A stretch of 64,000 nucleotides of DNA, from positions 53,327-117,326 of the forward strand of contig JAQGDQ010000649.1 in the NCBI GenBank assembly GCA_030141605.1, in the 5' to 3' direction. A program made the position numbers and the translations under genes. The notes under the pieces were generated by a model, which did not search any database, was not told where the DNA came from, and worked only from the letters and a program-made list of their open reading frames with translations. Each line of letters opens with the position of its first letter. The stretch's first letter is position 1. Origin of the DNA: Tubiluchus corallicola. Lineage: Eukaryota > Animalia > Priapulida. Shown here piece after piece: positions 26,801 through 40,400 of this stretch.

Positions 26801-29800
26801 TCGTTTATTGTAGTACATTGTTATTATAATCATTCTTAAGTTAAGCCTGGTAAGCTTAATGTAGTGAAATATATATTGCCATGGCCAAAAGAGTGGGATC
26901 GCCTCTACCTTAATCCATGTATGAAATTCAGAAAATTCTAAGAAATTAAAAAAGAATGCGTAAATTATCTGCCACTTAGCATTAGACTTAAAAACTTGTA
27001 AATGAACGATGTAACAATGAACAATATTGACGAAATGATTAGCGACTAATTAAAAACTGTTATTTTATTAGTTGGTCTTATATTTTTGGCCCTTACTGTA
27101 TAGGTGTGCTTGAAAAGTCCCCTAGTAAGTGTGAGTTAAGACGACTGAAATTTGCTTGTCATTGCTTAAAGGAAAACCAGATGATTGTGTAAACATTAGT
27201 TCAGAATAAATAATGCTTTAAATAATAATTACCTCGGATACTCAAATTTCCTTAAACTTTCAAAGCTACACGTGGCTCAGTGAATCTACTAAGATTGGCA
27301 GCGGCGCCTTTTTGTCACATTCGCTTGGCCGACAAATAGAAGGTGGTACTGTTGTAAGCATGATCATGAACTGCTGTGTTAGTTTCTGACATCATATGAT
27401 GTAAAGCCCATTTTTCATGACATCATGCGTTTAAGCAGTACTGTAACACTTATGCAATGTACTTGATGTGCAAGGAAAGATGCCTGCCATTGCATAAACA
27501 GTGGTTAGTTTCTGACGTAAGCAATAGCTGTGCTCGGTTGCCGTTAATTGACTTTTTAAGCTAATTATTCAAATGTAAGGAACAATTGTTAACTTTTATA
27601 GGCAAGAAGACGTATTTTGGACAGTAAATTAAAATGAGATTGAGTCTAAACAATAATCCGGTTTTCCTTTAAATGAAATTCTGATGAACTGACAATCTAC
27701 TGTTTACAAATTTTCTTTTTTGATTCTCAGAGCTCCAAGATTTACGGAAAGAAGATATTGAAGTTTGTTCCGATTATTGGCTGGGCATGGGTTTTCGCTG
27801 AAGTCATATTTTTAGAACGAGACTGGAACAAAGACAGGAAAGCCATCTTGAAAGCAATGGACACATTAGGAAATTTTCCTATTCCAATATGGGTGAACGA
27901 TTGTTTGCTTTCTTCATTCTACGTGATCAATTTTAGTCTGAACACTAAATTATCAATTTACTTCCAAATCTTAAATTGAAATTGCTTTATTTTGCTTTCT
28001 AATTGACTATTTCATTGATTTGTTTATCGTCTTGTGTAATTATTTTAGCAGTTTGTTAGCTACCCGACTGCCTGACACTTCAGCTGATTAACTTGATTGA
28101 CTAAATGGCTATCTGGCTGATTATCAGATATCACTGTAACCCGTTTATTGCCAGTTATTTCATAAGCTGCATAAACATATCTTGTTTACTTCTTATTTTA
28201 TTCCGTGCTGGAGTTCCTCTTTATTTTTTTGCAATATAAACACCTACGTAGTCATTTTTCAGTACATTGCATATTTTTACGTTTTGCTTAAAGATTCTAC
28301 TGTTTTGTGAGGGGACAAGATTTACACCTGATAAACATAAGGCAAGTCTTGAATACGCTAGAGCGAATGGATTACCTGAACTCAAGCATCATCTTCTTCC
28401 TCGTACTAAAGGTTTTGTTCTGTCTGTTCAAGGTTTCAAAGGAAAAAGTAAGTCACATTTGTTTTTTTCTATTTCTGGTTACTTTGGTGCATTAATAATA
28501 TGCTTCAAATGCACTCGTGGCACAACAACACAAAATACTCTCCCAGCAGATGCGTGTGCTAGGTTCTTCACAACTACTAGAACAAATGCAGTACCGTGCA
28601 TACAGTTGGCATTGTGACACAGCCCAGCTATGAAAATGCATCTCATTGCACTTGGTGCATTTTTGTGGGTTCTATTTGGATAGGTATTTTCGTTTGAATT
28701 TTACTTGCTGTTTAGTTAGATTTGCTTAGATTGGCATGTTTTTTATTATTAACTGTGTTATTCACTGTATTGAATCTTTACTCTCACAATTCGTTTTGAG
28801 GAAAACTTATCTTTCTGCATTAAAAAGTAAATCCTATATAAGAATCAACTAGAATGCAAATTCTTAGAAATTCGAATATTGAGTATTTCTCAGTTGATGA
28901 TAATCTATCTTATGCAGTGAGAACAACAAAGTATGGACCCAGCACTTAGACCATGTTAAGAATATAAGGTTTTGTACGAAAAAGCATGCTGGCTTTATGG
29001 AGTCAGTTGTTGTTACATTCAACCTTTACCAGACAGTTTAGTCTAGTGGCAACGCGTCCGTTTTCCATCTGAAAGGTCGTGAGTTCAATACAGCGGCTGG
29101 GTAATACCAAAGACTTTAAAAATGATACCTGTTGTTGCCCTGCCTGACACATGGTATTCTCTGTTATGTTGTTGTAGATTGTTATTTACAGTCGGTCCAA
29201 AAGCTCTTTGGTGCTTAATTGTTCATCCTAATAGCCAATTTCAAATAAACATCATTATTATTACTATTATTATTATTATCATCGTATCGTCATTGTCATC
29301 GTCATCATCATCACCATCATGTTTGGCCTAAAAACTATCAGGCATTTGTCTTCGACTTACTAAAAGCCTGTATTTGGTGTACAGTCCAGTGTTGTATATT
29401 ATTAATGTTACGTACTTGTGACTGAACCAAGTGTAGCTCATTGTCAAAGATAATTGTTTAATTGCAGACGCTGCAAGCCGTGTTCTAGCCCTCTTACTGT
29501 AAATGGTTTGTATCTTACAATGGCACCAGACCTCACTGTCAAGTTTAATTCTCTAAAATGAAATTTTGAACGGCACAGGTGTCTTCAGATTCGTATATAT
29601 TATACTGTTATTCAGATCAGATTAATAGATCAAAACAGTATAACATATGAAACGACTAAAATCAGGTTTGTTATTTGGTAACAATTCATTTGCTAAGCTG
29701 ATTCTGCACTGTTTAACTGTTATAGCCAAGTACATACGTGCATGCAACTATTTCCCATTTGGCATATGCAATTCTGTGTGATACTTTGTTGGATCGTGCT

Positions 29801-32800
29801 TAGTTTTTACCCCTCAGCATTATCATGTTGTTTACTCTTGGTAAGAAAGAGCTTCTTACATTTTCTGTGCATTTAGTTCAGGTTGTTTATGATTGCGTGG
29901 TCGGATTTCAACATGAAGGAGACAAGCCACCATCTTTGATGAATATTGTAAATGGCGTACCAGCAAGAGCGCAAATGATAGTCAGGTACGTAGTGTAACT
30001 GCTTTGTGTGCTGTGTAAAACTGAAATGGGACTTAGTATGCCTTATTGCAAAAATCGCAGCATTTGTTACCAATAATCTGTAAACTAATTATGACGTCTA
30101 TATGACAGAGCATGTACTAAGTGAAAGCCATGTAATCTGTGATAGCTAATCAGCTGATATCATGAAAGCTGTGACACTTTGGCAATTTGTACCTGGGGTT
30201 GGGACATAACAAAACATGACAACAATGCAGAATGATACTTAGTGTATGAATTCATTACTACATAATGCTGCGTTCTACATGATGTAACTACAAAACATTG
30301 TATGTCTTGACAACAAACTATGAAAAATCTGGGGTTTACCAAAATTGTAAATTTTTCAGTTTGCATGGTAAGTAGAAAAGTAAAAGAGCAAATACAGAAT
30401 ACAGAGTAATTTATTTGCCTCAATAACATGACCAACATAGCATTAACAAATGATGTGACTACTAAGGGAGACAGGGTGGTGAAAAAACCAAAAGGTCATC
30501 GAGTCTACCACCCTTCTACTAATTTAATAACAAAACTCAACTTAGATTAGTACTGTGAGCTGTGTAAATACAAAACTCTACTTAGATTAGTACTGTGAGC
30601 TGTGTAAATTAAACTATAATGTAAATGTAAATTAAATTCTTATATTTTATCTAAAGCATTATTCTTGTATAGCAGCAGTTGTTAGTTAGTAGCGCATGCA
30701 TATGTTATACGTGCATAGCTGGATTAGTCAGTAATATGTAAAAATAATTTTAAGTTACAAATTAAAAATTAATCAATACTTTGTCATATAGCATAACTGT
30801 GTTAATAACAAATAGAGATTAATAAGTGATATATAAAACAACTAAAAGACAACAATTGCTGCAAGCTACTTATGTAAAAAATTGCTTTATTCCATTTTAA
30901 CAAACTTATGCAGCGCAATGCTAATCAGGCAGATAAAAACCACTTCTCAATTCATGTTTTCTGTACACACATAAGTGCATTCATGTATTCTGTTTTAAAA
31001 ACATTCCCACGGGTATAATAGCTTGGGAAATGAATTGCTGTATAGCGGTGTTGAATACTAACCAAACTAATCATATATTCTAATTTTTAGGCGAATACCA
31101 TTGGAAGAAATTCCAACTGCTACAGAACAAGAGTGTTCAGACTGGCTTATTAAATTATATCAAGAAAAGGTAATAATATCAATAATAGGCCTATGTGTTT
31201 TCCAGTTTGTATTGTGTAAGTTGCCGGCACAATCAAGTGCTAGGCTATTTTTAAAACAACAGTTTTACTTTTCAAAAGTATGCAAAATGGTTTCCGATAA
31301 GATAAAGCAGGAGTGTGCAAACTGCGGCCAGCCGAGAGATCTTGTGCGCGCGAAGAGGTTTGTCGATGTAATGAAAGTGCGGCCCAGGCAATCCATCTGA
31401 AGTCCGCGCCAATATCACAAAGATGTTGCGGGTAGTTTTTTTCCTCTAGATCGGATGCCATTAACCTTTACAAGACCGTTGTCACTTAGTGTCACTCTCG
31501 GACATGACGAAATATTTGGTTTTTAATTTAAATTTTAATAACTTCTAAAATAGTTTCCTGAGTGTAGTAGTGCAGTAGAAATGATGTGCGCAAATCGGAT
31601 GCAAAAACAATCGTTATTAGGTCCTACTATACTTGGCTCCTTGACCAAACTGCATGTGGCACACAGGAATTGCGGGAAAGCTTAATGTGGCCCAGCTAGT
31701 CAGATAATTTGTACACCGGGAAAGCTTAATGTGGCCCAGCTAGTCAGATAATTTGCACACCCCTGAGATAAAGCGTAGTTGCTTAAATGGTACTCATGCT
31801 ATTTCCTGTGAATTTCATAGTAATCTTTGTTGTTGTGTAAACGTTTGTTGCAAAATTAAGCTTAAACCTTGCTCTGCAAAATAATGGCACAAAAATGAAT
31901 ACAATAAACACTTGTATATTGAGTTGATTAAAGGAAGGATAGTTTGTTTTAACTACTAGTTCATAATAAGTTAGCGGGGTATATACCTCACCCCACTAAA
32001 TACGCATATCATGTTGTAAAAAACAGTTCAAACACTCTAAATGTAGACTGTTTTTTGTAACAGTAAGTTATTCCTTTCAGTTTGCATCTGAAGTGACTTC
32101 ACAGTAATTGAGTAGCAATTAATAGAGTTTAGTGACAAGCAATGGACATATTTGCAGTATGGGGGAGCAGTTCCTCTGGAAATTTTATAAGTTATTTGCA
32201 GTATAGGGGAGCAGTTCCTCTGGAAATTTTATAAGTTATTTGCAGTATAGGGGAGCAGTTCCTCTGCAAATTTTATAAGTTATTTGCAGTATGGGGGAGG
32301 AGTTCCTCTGCAAATTTTTGCAGAGAACATAGTGTAATATCGGCAAGCACAGAGCAAATGCAAAAGTTGCTGGTAATATAGTAGGCAGCTTGTATTTGCT
32401 GATGAAAATAAGAAAAACAAGTGAAAATGTGACATCTTATTTTAGCAGATGAGCAAATTATTATTTTACAAACTCATTTCAGTTAATTATAACAACACTA
32501 ATTATTAAAGTAACTGGTAGCTAATTAATTTAGTAGTGACAGTTAATCTACCACATCTACACTGGCTATTTTCATCTAGATGATGGACTCCAAGATCATA
32601 TAGATAAATAACAATGTATGTTGACTAACATTGAATAGTGCAAAGGATGATTCACATAAACATACTAATGCTGACACACATTGCACAGTACCACACATTT
32701 CAATTTCAAAATAATTTATTCGTTTAACATATATCTTAATCACATTAGTTTTGAAATACAATATATAATCAGTAAAGTAAAAAAATAATTATTTGAAAAT

Positions 32801-34344
32801 GATCACTGTTATTAAAAGAGATAATGAAGGGAGACCTAAGAAGTTGTGGCTTATGGCAGGGAACCCCTAAGTGTTTTAATAATAATTTTATAAAGCAGTA
32901 TATTTTAGTTGTTAATCGTTAGTGATTTTGTATTTTACAATTCTAAGATTAAAAGTTACTGCTTGTTCCAAGGAAACCTTACACTGTTGTGACCAAAGTT
33001 CTTATTTTAGAGTTATCTAGTTATAAACAGAGATTTAAAATCAACTTTTTATATGTTGATTTAAACATTGATACATTATAAAAGACTTGTCCATTATAGC
33101 TAAACAGATGAGACTAACAGACATAGTATGTTTGAAGTCTGTTTTAGTAAAACCTGTTATAGCAAGAATTGATTGTGATGTACATGTTATTCAGTGTGGA
33201 TTATTGCTAATATTGACACCGTCGTCATTTTTCAGGACGAATTATTTGAGCATTTTCTTAAGGAGGGAACCTTTCCGGGCCACAGATTCAAAGTGCCACG
33301 GTCCTGTCGATCCCTGATCGTGGAGTGCGTTTGGTCCGCTTTACTTCTGCCTCCACTTTTCTATTACTTAGGTCGATTAGTCATGTCTGGTTCCATTTAC
33401 TTATACGTTGGCATACTTGTTATAGCAGTATTAAGTAAGTATGAATAATGTTTTTGTACTCTTTAAGAGCATAACTGTTACAAGAGCAATATATATCTGT
33501 TTTATCTTAGCATGTAATTAAAATGTTGTGATATTTTTTGAAGTAAATAGTAAAGTGTGTAAGCACCATATTTGATGACTACAGTCAACCTCGGGTATAA
33601 CGTACTCGCTTATAAGGGACCACCAACACTGGTTTTTCTTAACGAATTTCCTATGTAGAAATCTTCGTATATAAGGTGCTCGGATATAAGGGACTTTCAG
33701 TTATAAGGGATGATATCTTCAGGTCCCACGTAATAGAAACCCAGGTAAATTACCTCGCATATAAGGGACCATATGATCAAAGCGAAATTGATCGATTTTT
33801 TAACCACAATTTTTCGCAAACTCGGCCTTCACGCAACTCGGTTTCCATGGTCGCATACATCTCGCATCACTGAAGGAGCTTCCTACACACCGTTTACACT
33901 GAATGTGTAGCAATAATCCATAAAAATATGGGTAAAAGTACAGAAAAGTTCAGGTCTAGATACACCGTCGGTCTGACTCAACTTCGGCTATAAGGGACAT
34001 CGGATATAAGGTCCCGATGCGTCCCGTATATCCGAGGTTGACTATTTCATGGACTTCCCGAAGCAATAATTGTAGTTTAACAAGAAGACCCAGGATAATT
34101 TTCAGTCGAGATCAAGCGTATCATGCAAAATAAACAAAATGAACACGAAAAGACATTAGTATACATTGGAGTTTTAAATTAGATTGGATTAGATTTGATT
34201 CATGAATTAATGATTCAGTAATTCCTTATATTATAGCAATGTTTTTTCATTTGATTTTTAGTTTCGCTTGGCGTATCAAAGATGATCAAACTTACGCAGG
34301 TACAGCATGGATCAGCATACGGAAAAGACACCAAGTCACTATAA
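23837..34344 (+). CDS. AGPAT3: 1-acyl-sn-glycerol-3-phosphate acyltransferase, AGPAT3/AGPAT4 (gamma/delta) type, 378 aa, 9 coding exons
   Basis: Exons: 23837-23885, 24342-24470, 26207-26379, 27731-27892, 28294-28447, 29877-29985, 31091-31169, 33236-33434, 34262-34344 (sum 1137 nt, phases consistent). Motifs are NHSYEIDWL (HX4D), KFVPIIGWAW, FLERDW, FCEGTRF, HHLLPRTKGF and C-terminal GSAYG. AGPAT3 cannot be separated from AGPAT4 here; this is probably a co-orthologue. Confidence 0.93.
25230..25557 (+). mobile_element. Helentron-associated/DINE-like fragment
   Basis: CCAAAGTTTCATGGAAATC...(AAAC)-rich tract...CTTCCTTGGTAGAGGTAA 3' end resembles these elements; 5' boundary uncertain. Confidence 0.4.
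25660..25837 (+). mobile_element. 3' tip of an RTE-like non-LTR retrotransposon
   Basis: Frame ends ELEILVADRKQWSALIRD (A-DR--W--L motif typical of RTE ORF C-termini), followed by a short 3' UTR and a (GAA)n tail. Confidence 0.55.
26551..26758. mobile_element. Fragment (right end) of the 8594-9659 family
   Basis: Diverged but collinear with 9453-9659. Confidence 0.6.
27166..27672. mobile_element. Kolobok/T2-like MITE family A, copy 2
   Basis: TTAA-AGGAAAACCAGA...TCCGGTTTTCCT-TTAA. TTAA TSD with AGG...CCT termini is typical of Kolobok/T2 MITEs. About 50 bp internal deletion relative to the other copies. Confidence 0.85.
29032..29160 (+). mobile_element. Degenerate tRNA-derived SINE (Meta-SINE-like core)
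   Basis: A-box-like TAGTCTAGTGG and B-box-like GAGTTCAATAC, followed by GGGTAATACCAAAGACTTTAAAAATGATACC; no intact cloverleaf. Confidence 0.5.
32150..32318. repeat. 44-bp tandem repeat, about 4 copies
   Basis: ATTTGCAGTATGGGGGAGCAGTTCCTCTGGAAATTTTATAAGTT. Confidence 0.9.
33582..34044. mobile_element. pogo/Tc1-mariner-like MITE family D, copy 2 (reverse orientation)
   Basis: TA-CAGTCAACCTCGG...CCGAGGTTGACT. Confidence 0.85.
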
Positions 34345-34572
34345 CCTTGTTTCCTTCCTAGCAAACCGTTATTGTTTAATGCTGAAGATGATTTAACCAA
34401 AAAACTTGTTATATGTGTAGAAGGGCATCAGGGTTTCATTTTGCATTTTTATACTATCATTTATGTTACGTTTTTATTTTTATGTTACGCACATTTTAGC
34501 GCCTTAACGTGCAATTGCAAAATCCATCCGTATGAGAATACTGGAAAATGATATTCACTCCAGGTTCCGCAT

Positions 34573-35130
34573 TTAAAGGAAAACCGGATGATCGTGTAAA
34601 CATGAGTTCAGAATAAAGAATGCTCTAAAATATTGAAAACTACAATTAGCTTATTTTAAATCAAAGCTTAGATTAAATAATAATTACGTCGGATACTCAA
34701 ATTTTGTTAAACTTTCAAAACTACGCACATCTCGGTGAATCCACTAAGATTGGCAGCGGCACCTTTTTGTCACATTCACGTGTCCAACAAATAGAAGGCG
34801 GTACCGTGATAACCATGATGATGAACTGCAGTGTTAGTTTCTGACGTCATATGATGTAAAGCCCATTTTTCGTGACATCATGCGTTTAAACAGTACTGTA
34901 ACTCTCATGCAAGTGTACTTGATGCACAAGGGAAGACGCCTGCCATTGCACAAACTGTGGTTAGTTTCTGATGTAAGCAATAGCTGTGTTCGGTTGCCGT
35001 TAATTAACTTTCTAAGCTAATTATTCAAATATAAGGAACAACTGTTAAATTTTACAGGCAAGAAAATGTATATTTTGTACAGTAAATTAAAATGAGATTG
35101 AGTCTAAACAATCGTCCGGTCTTCCTTTAA
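34573..35130. mobile_element. Kolobok/T2-like MITE family A, copy 3
   Basis: TTAAAGGAAAACCGGATGAT...GTCCGGTCTTCCTTTAA. Confidence 0.88.
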
Positions 35131-37068
35131 ATGAACAGAAAGTAGCTTAAATTGTTTTATATTGTTGTTTAGTAGTTGTAGCCCGGTCTAGACTAAATTC
35201 TGTGTTTGCATTGAGTTTTGAGCTGGGCATGAGAATACATTAGCTTATATTTTATGACGAAGTTTTGTCGTTTTTTTACTTGTCGTAGCTTTTTGCATTG
35301 TAGCTCAACAGTGATTAATTCAGAACATTTGAAATGGAAAAGTTTTCCAAATGTTTCATTAATGCTATTTTTACTCTTGTTTTTCTTGTTGTTCTAGAAT
35401 AATTCACATTTTATAAATTTTTAGTAATTTTTTGACAAATCTGATTAATTGTTTAGAAAGTAAATCACGATAATTTTTATTTTAGCGAATGAATGCACCC
35501 ATAGTGCCTTTACAATTGCTTTCGAGATTATTTGGGTTTCCCAAGTTTTAAAAAGTTTTGCTGCTGAAGCTTGAAGCAGTTATGAACGACCGTGTGCTCA
35601 AACGTGTGTTACTTTAAAGTTAATTAAACTATCATTCATTTTAATATTCTCAGATTAGTCATTAAATCCTTGAAGACAATTAAAACATTTGCACATTTTT
35701 GTAAACAAAGTCTTTTTATCCTTTGTGGTGTAAATAAATCATTTCCATACTTCATTTTCTACCCAAATGGCATATTATATGTCACCTATCAGCTGGAACT
35801 AAAATGATAGGATAATTTGACTCTGGGGTGTTTGCTGTGCATTTATAGCAATATAGAAATTGTAAAGAATTTACTTTGAAATTTTTTGACTTGCAGTTAG
35901 AATTATTTGCCTGTCTACTTATTCGTTCGGACCTAATGACATTTAACCATAAATAAAAAAGAATTCTTCAAATTTTCAACCCATTTGGTATGTTTTTACC
36001 ACGTCTAATACAAAAGCTGCCGTCTAGTTTGGTTTTTTCAGTTGTGGTATAAATCCATTTATAACTGCATCATTCGAATTTGAAATGGAGTAAAGAAAAT
36101 CTTTGCATTGTGTATGTTACCGTCGTCGTCAACTGGTAACGTGTTGCTTAAAACTAAGTTGTACGTTTTGCGATGCATCAACACTTTTAACGATGTCTAG
36201 AATTTAGCACTGTAATTGCATTTTCGTAGAAATGATATCGCCTTAATATGAGTGACAGCTAATTTTTCACATTTTAGCATTTTTATATGAAATTTCACTA
36301 ATTTTTGTTTTTAAACATTTTTCCATGCTTTTTCTCTAGCACTCTTCTGTAGAGGCAACAGAGAATCGTAAATTTTTATGTTTAAAAAAGAAATTTTTAT
36401 AGCTAATTAGCTGCACTGTGATCAGTTGTGTGATTTTTGATATTTTAGGTAAAATTGCTATTTGTTTATAATAAATAATTATTATGAAGAATCACAAATG
36501 TTTTAATATTTTAATGCAACTGCATATGATTTGCACCTATTAAAAGTAATTTGTCACGTCTTTGTAAGTACTGTAAGTGAATTAAAATCTGCATGGTATT
36601 TGGGTATAATTCAATACAACTGTACGCCAGTAAGAAACTGTTAAATAAACTGTATTTATTTAGTACTAAGTTAAATCCCATCAAATTTACTGGGAATGCA
36701 AAATTACTGTGAACTTATAAACACACCTACACTTTAATTCTCTATTAATTATAATATTTGTTCGTATGTCTGTCTCTCTGTGTGTCTGTCCATTATCAAC
36801 TTTTCTAGTTGTGTTAATTGTGTGTATTAACACACTGTTCATTGTGTTAATAATTTTTCTATGATGTATATAATTGTATTGGTGTTCTTAGAAGTGTTTA
36901 TGTAGATATAAAATAGTCACTAGTGCACATACTAGGAGTTGTGGCTCTTACTGTAGGTTTTCATTTTATATTTGAATTTCTAACTAATACTTATAATCTT
37001 AGGTTTGATTTTCGCAATCTTAATTACTGCTGGCCAGCTTAGTGAGACGTGTACATTGTAGTGACTTT

Positions 37069-37228
37069 TTGTTTATGACTGCACCCAGTTATGACAAGGT
37101 ATTCTAAGATGCCGTACCTTGCAGTACAGATATTACAGTATTTTCTGACTTTGTGTTTATGACTGCACCCAGTTATGACAAGGTATTCCAAGATGCCGTA
37201 CCTTGCAGTACAGAAATTACAGTATTTT
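37069..37228. repeat. About 84-bp tandem duplication
   Basis: TGTTTATGACTGCACCCAGTTATGACAAGG...CAGTATTTTC occurs twice. Confidence 0.85.
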
Positions 37229-37422
37229 CCCAGTTTAGACATTTTTAGCCAGCAAATAGTGAACATAGAAAGGAAGGAAGTTGTACATTGTCATGATTGT
37301 GAGTAATAGGAAACATTTCCTGTTAAACTTTGGATCTATGCTGCACCTCCATCTGATGTGGTGAAGTGCCACATGTAATTATTTTCACCCACATCTGAGC
37401 AAAAATAGGTTTGTTAATTAAT

Positions 37423-40400
37423 ATGGATAGCGGTGGAAAACGGAAATCATTGGAAAAGGTAAGTGCATTGATCATTATGACCTACCTGTTGAACTAACTG
37501 ATTGAGATACGATATGTGAGCTGTTAGGTTCATGCAGTATTTTAATTGAAGTCTTGCTGGTACATTTTCTTCTTAACCTAAGTGTATTAATTTCTGGCGT
37601 GATTTAATTTTGTTTGTTTCCTTGAAATCGTGTACTAATTTAAAACCAGAGTAAGTGAGAGCTTTTATACGAAATTATATATACATTGGGCAGTAACTGT
37701 ACATAAGTGAAAACAGAAGTACTCAAATTTCTTTAACCTGCCGAATGGTTTTGGTCAACTTATCAGTGTTTATTAAGACTTCAAAATGAGCCTTTTGAAG
37801 GTTAAAAGTAAATCGTGCGCAAAACATGGTACTCGGGTAGAAGAGTAGAGGTCACTATCTTCTTGTGAGGCTGTCAAGTTTTCATTCAGGAGAGTTTATT
37901 CAGTTTTTATTTATCCACTCATCATTTTTAGCCTAGTGAGAAATTGAAGTCAAGAGGTTTGAGCAATCGCATGCGACGACTGACTAATGACTTCAAGAGA
38001 CGCGTCTCATACAGTCTGGCGAAGTCACCAAAGGACAAGGTTTTTATTTTGCAATATAATGTTGCTTGCATTTATAATCTGTCTGCTCTCTATTCTGTAG
38101 CAGGTGTGTTTCCTCGTTTTTCACTTGTCAAAAAGAAAAGCTAAACAGTTTTTTTTATAATCACCATCTTATAACTATGGTTTAATAATGTATCTGATAA
38201 TAATATTGTTAGTTTTTTATAATGTTGACTGCTAGTAACCATAGAAATGTCGAAAATTAGAGAAAATGTGTGTAATCGATTACTTTATGACCAATGTTTA
38301 CGGCTGCATGAAATTATTAAAAAACTTCATGGCTATTTGTAAAAGCAGATTCTGAAGGAGACATGGCTTCTAAATTGCCCGGGCCTTAAATAAGACACCC
38401 CTGCTACATTTAATGGTAAAAATTTTCTTCTCTCCTCAGGTTTTTGTGTTATTACTTTCATTATTGATTGAAATAATTCTCAAAATTGTGTTTATTGATG
38501 CGAGAAATGACGTTAGTAGTTCTGGCATAAAGTGAGGATTATTAATTTTGTAGAGCCCCAGAGGCAGTAAAGAAGATTTAAAACACGAAGATTTCTGGGC
38601 TGATGCTCCAACCTTGGGTCCTCCAACTGACACACAGTGCGGAGTCAGTGGTGATTCAGCAGAAAGTCTTACTAGTCTCATGGACCAGTTGACACCAGGT
38701 ATTTCATTTCATTTTAAATGTCAGTGAGTCGTCCGTTCACACCTACATTGTTGCATATGGTACTTAGAATAATCGCACAGTTTCTCAAAACTTTCAGATA
38801 ACTGTACCCATAATACCGTAGAATCGGCTGGAATAATCTATACACCATAAGGTCTTCCTATAATGTTCTGGAACTTTTTGTAATTATACAGAGTAGACTG
38901 CCGGAAAGCACAGTCAGACGCAGATATTAGTTCAAAACAGATTGATAGGCTGGTGTGTGAAAAATATTTTTCATTGGGCAAATTTTGTGCTTTGGATTTT
39001 CGTGTGCTCACCTGGTTTATAATTGCTCTTGGTAGACTGTTTTAGATTCATACACATGTTTTTTATGTTTGGCGAACATGGCTGATCAAAATTACAAATA
39101 CAGATGCGCAATTATATCATAAAATATCATATACGTGTACAAATAAATTCTGTCAACATTGGGTTACAGTGTTTAACAAAAAATCACGTGCAACACTGTG
39201 TGTTTCTCACGGTAAAACGAAAAATGGTATTCATCCTCTATTGTGTTACGTACTTTACACAAGCGATTTCTCGTGGTATATATGGTCTTTCATATCACCC
39301 ATTCACTATTGCAAGGTTATGACCACTTGTTCTGAGTTTGGTGAGAGCTCTTTCTGTGTTTATTATTGGTCTATTATGATAACTATATTATACTGCTTGT
39401 AATGCATTATCTTATTTTTGTCTGTGGCATTAACGACCTTAGACATTGATTTCACCTGTTTTAATATAACCTAAGTTGTTTTAAGTAATTATTTTAATAG
39501 AGTTTCTTTGTTAGTAATTAATTAAAAACCATGTTTGGTTTTTTTGTTTCATTCACCAAACAAGATCTGCTTTATTCTGGTCCTTGTGTTTGAACACGTA
39601 CCATTAACCTGATGTGAAAACGACATACATGAAAAAAAAAATTGCCTGGTAGTATCATGAGAACATACATGTCCTAGCTAGACAGCAGCAAGTGACACAA
39701 TTTGTTTATATCTTAAAATGTTTTAGTTACGTGTTTGAAAATCATGTATTAAATGTGCTGCACGAGGCATACGGTTCATGCCTGTGACTTCCTCAGGTTT
39801 GCCAATAACCCGGCTAGCTTCAATTGTTTTATTTATGCAAAAATGTCAGAGCACTGCTGGAATAATTGATAGAAAATGAGAGCACCACTGTGGAGAGTAG
39901 TGAAATTACTCTGTTGGCTTTGAAAGATGCCATTTTTACACATTTTACTTGCACTATTTGAAGTTGAAGGTATTCAGTGAGAAAACACATCACATTGAAA
40001 CTTACTGAAGTATAGGTTTTACACATCAAATGTAGACACAGGAAAGCTCAAATGTGACTTAGGTAACTCAAATGTAGACATAAGAATTTCAAATGTGTTT
40101 TGGTAACTCAAATGTGACTTAGGTAAGTCAAATGTAGATGCATTACTTTGAATAAATCGGTAATTAACTCATTTAAGTGCAAATTACAAAAAGATAAACT
40201 AAAGATAGTCATCACCTCTTTCATAACTTTGAAAAATGCGTTGTTTATCCTCAAACTAAATTCCTTGATAAACCATAACGTCGGTAGAAAAGAATAAATT
40301 GGTTCCCACTTCCCAATGAACAGTGAATCACTAATTAGTTTTTTAAGTAATGCATTAGCCCTGCATTAATGAATTAGTTTCTCTCAAGAAACATTGTTTA

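Noticed and set aside
30533-31760. Two short tandem duplications (about 41 bp at 30533-30609, about 44 bp at 31674-31760)
   Set aside because: Ordinary intronic slippage duplications that do not touch splice sites.
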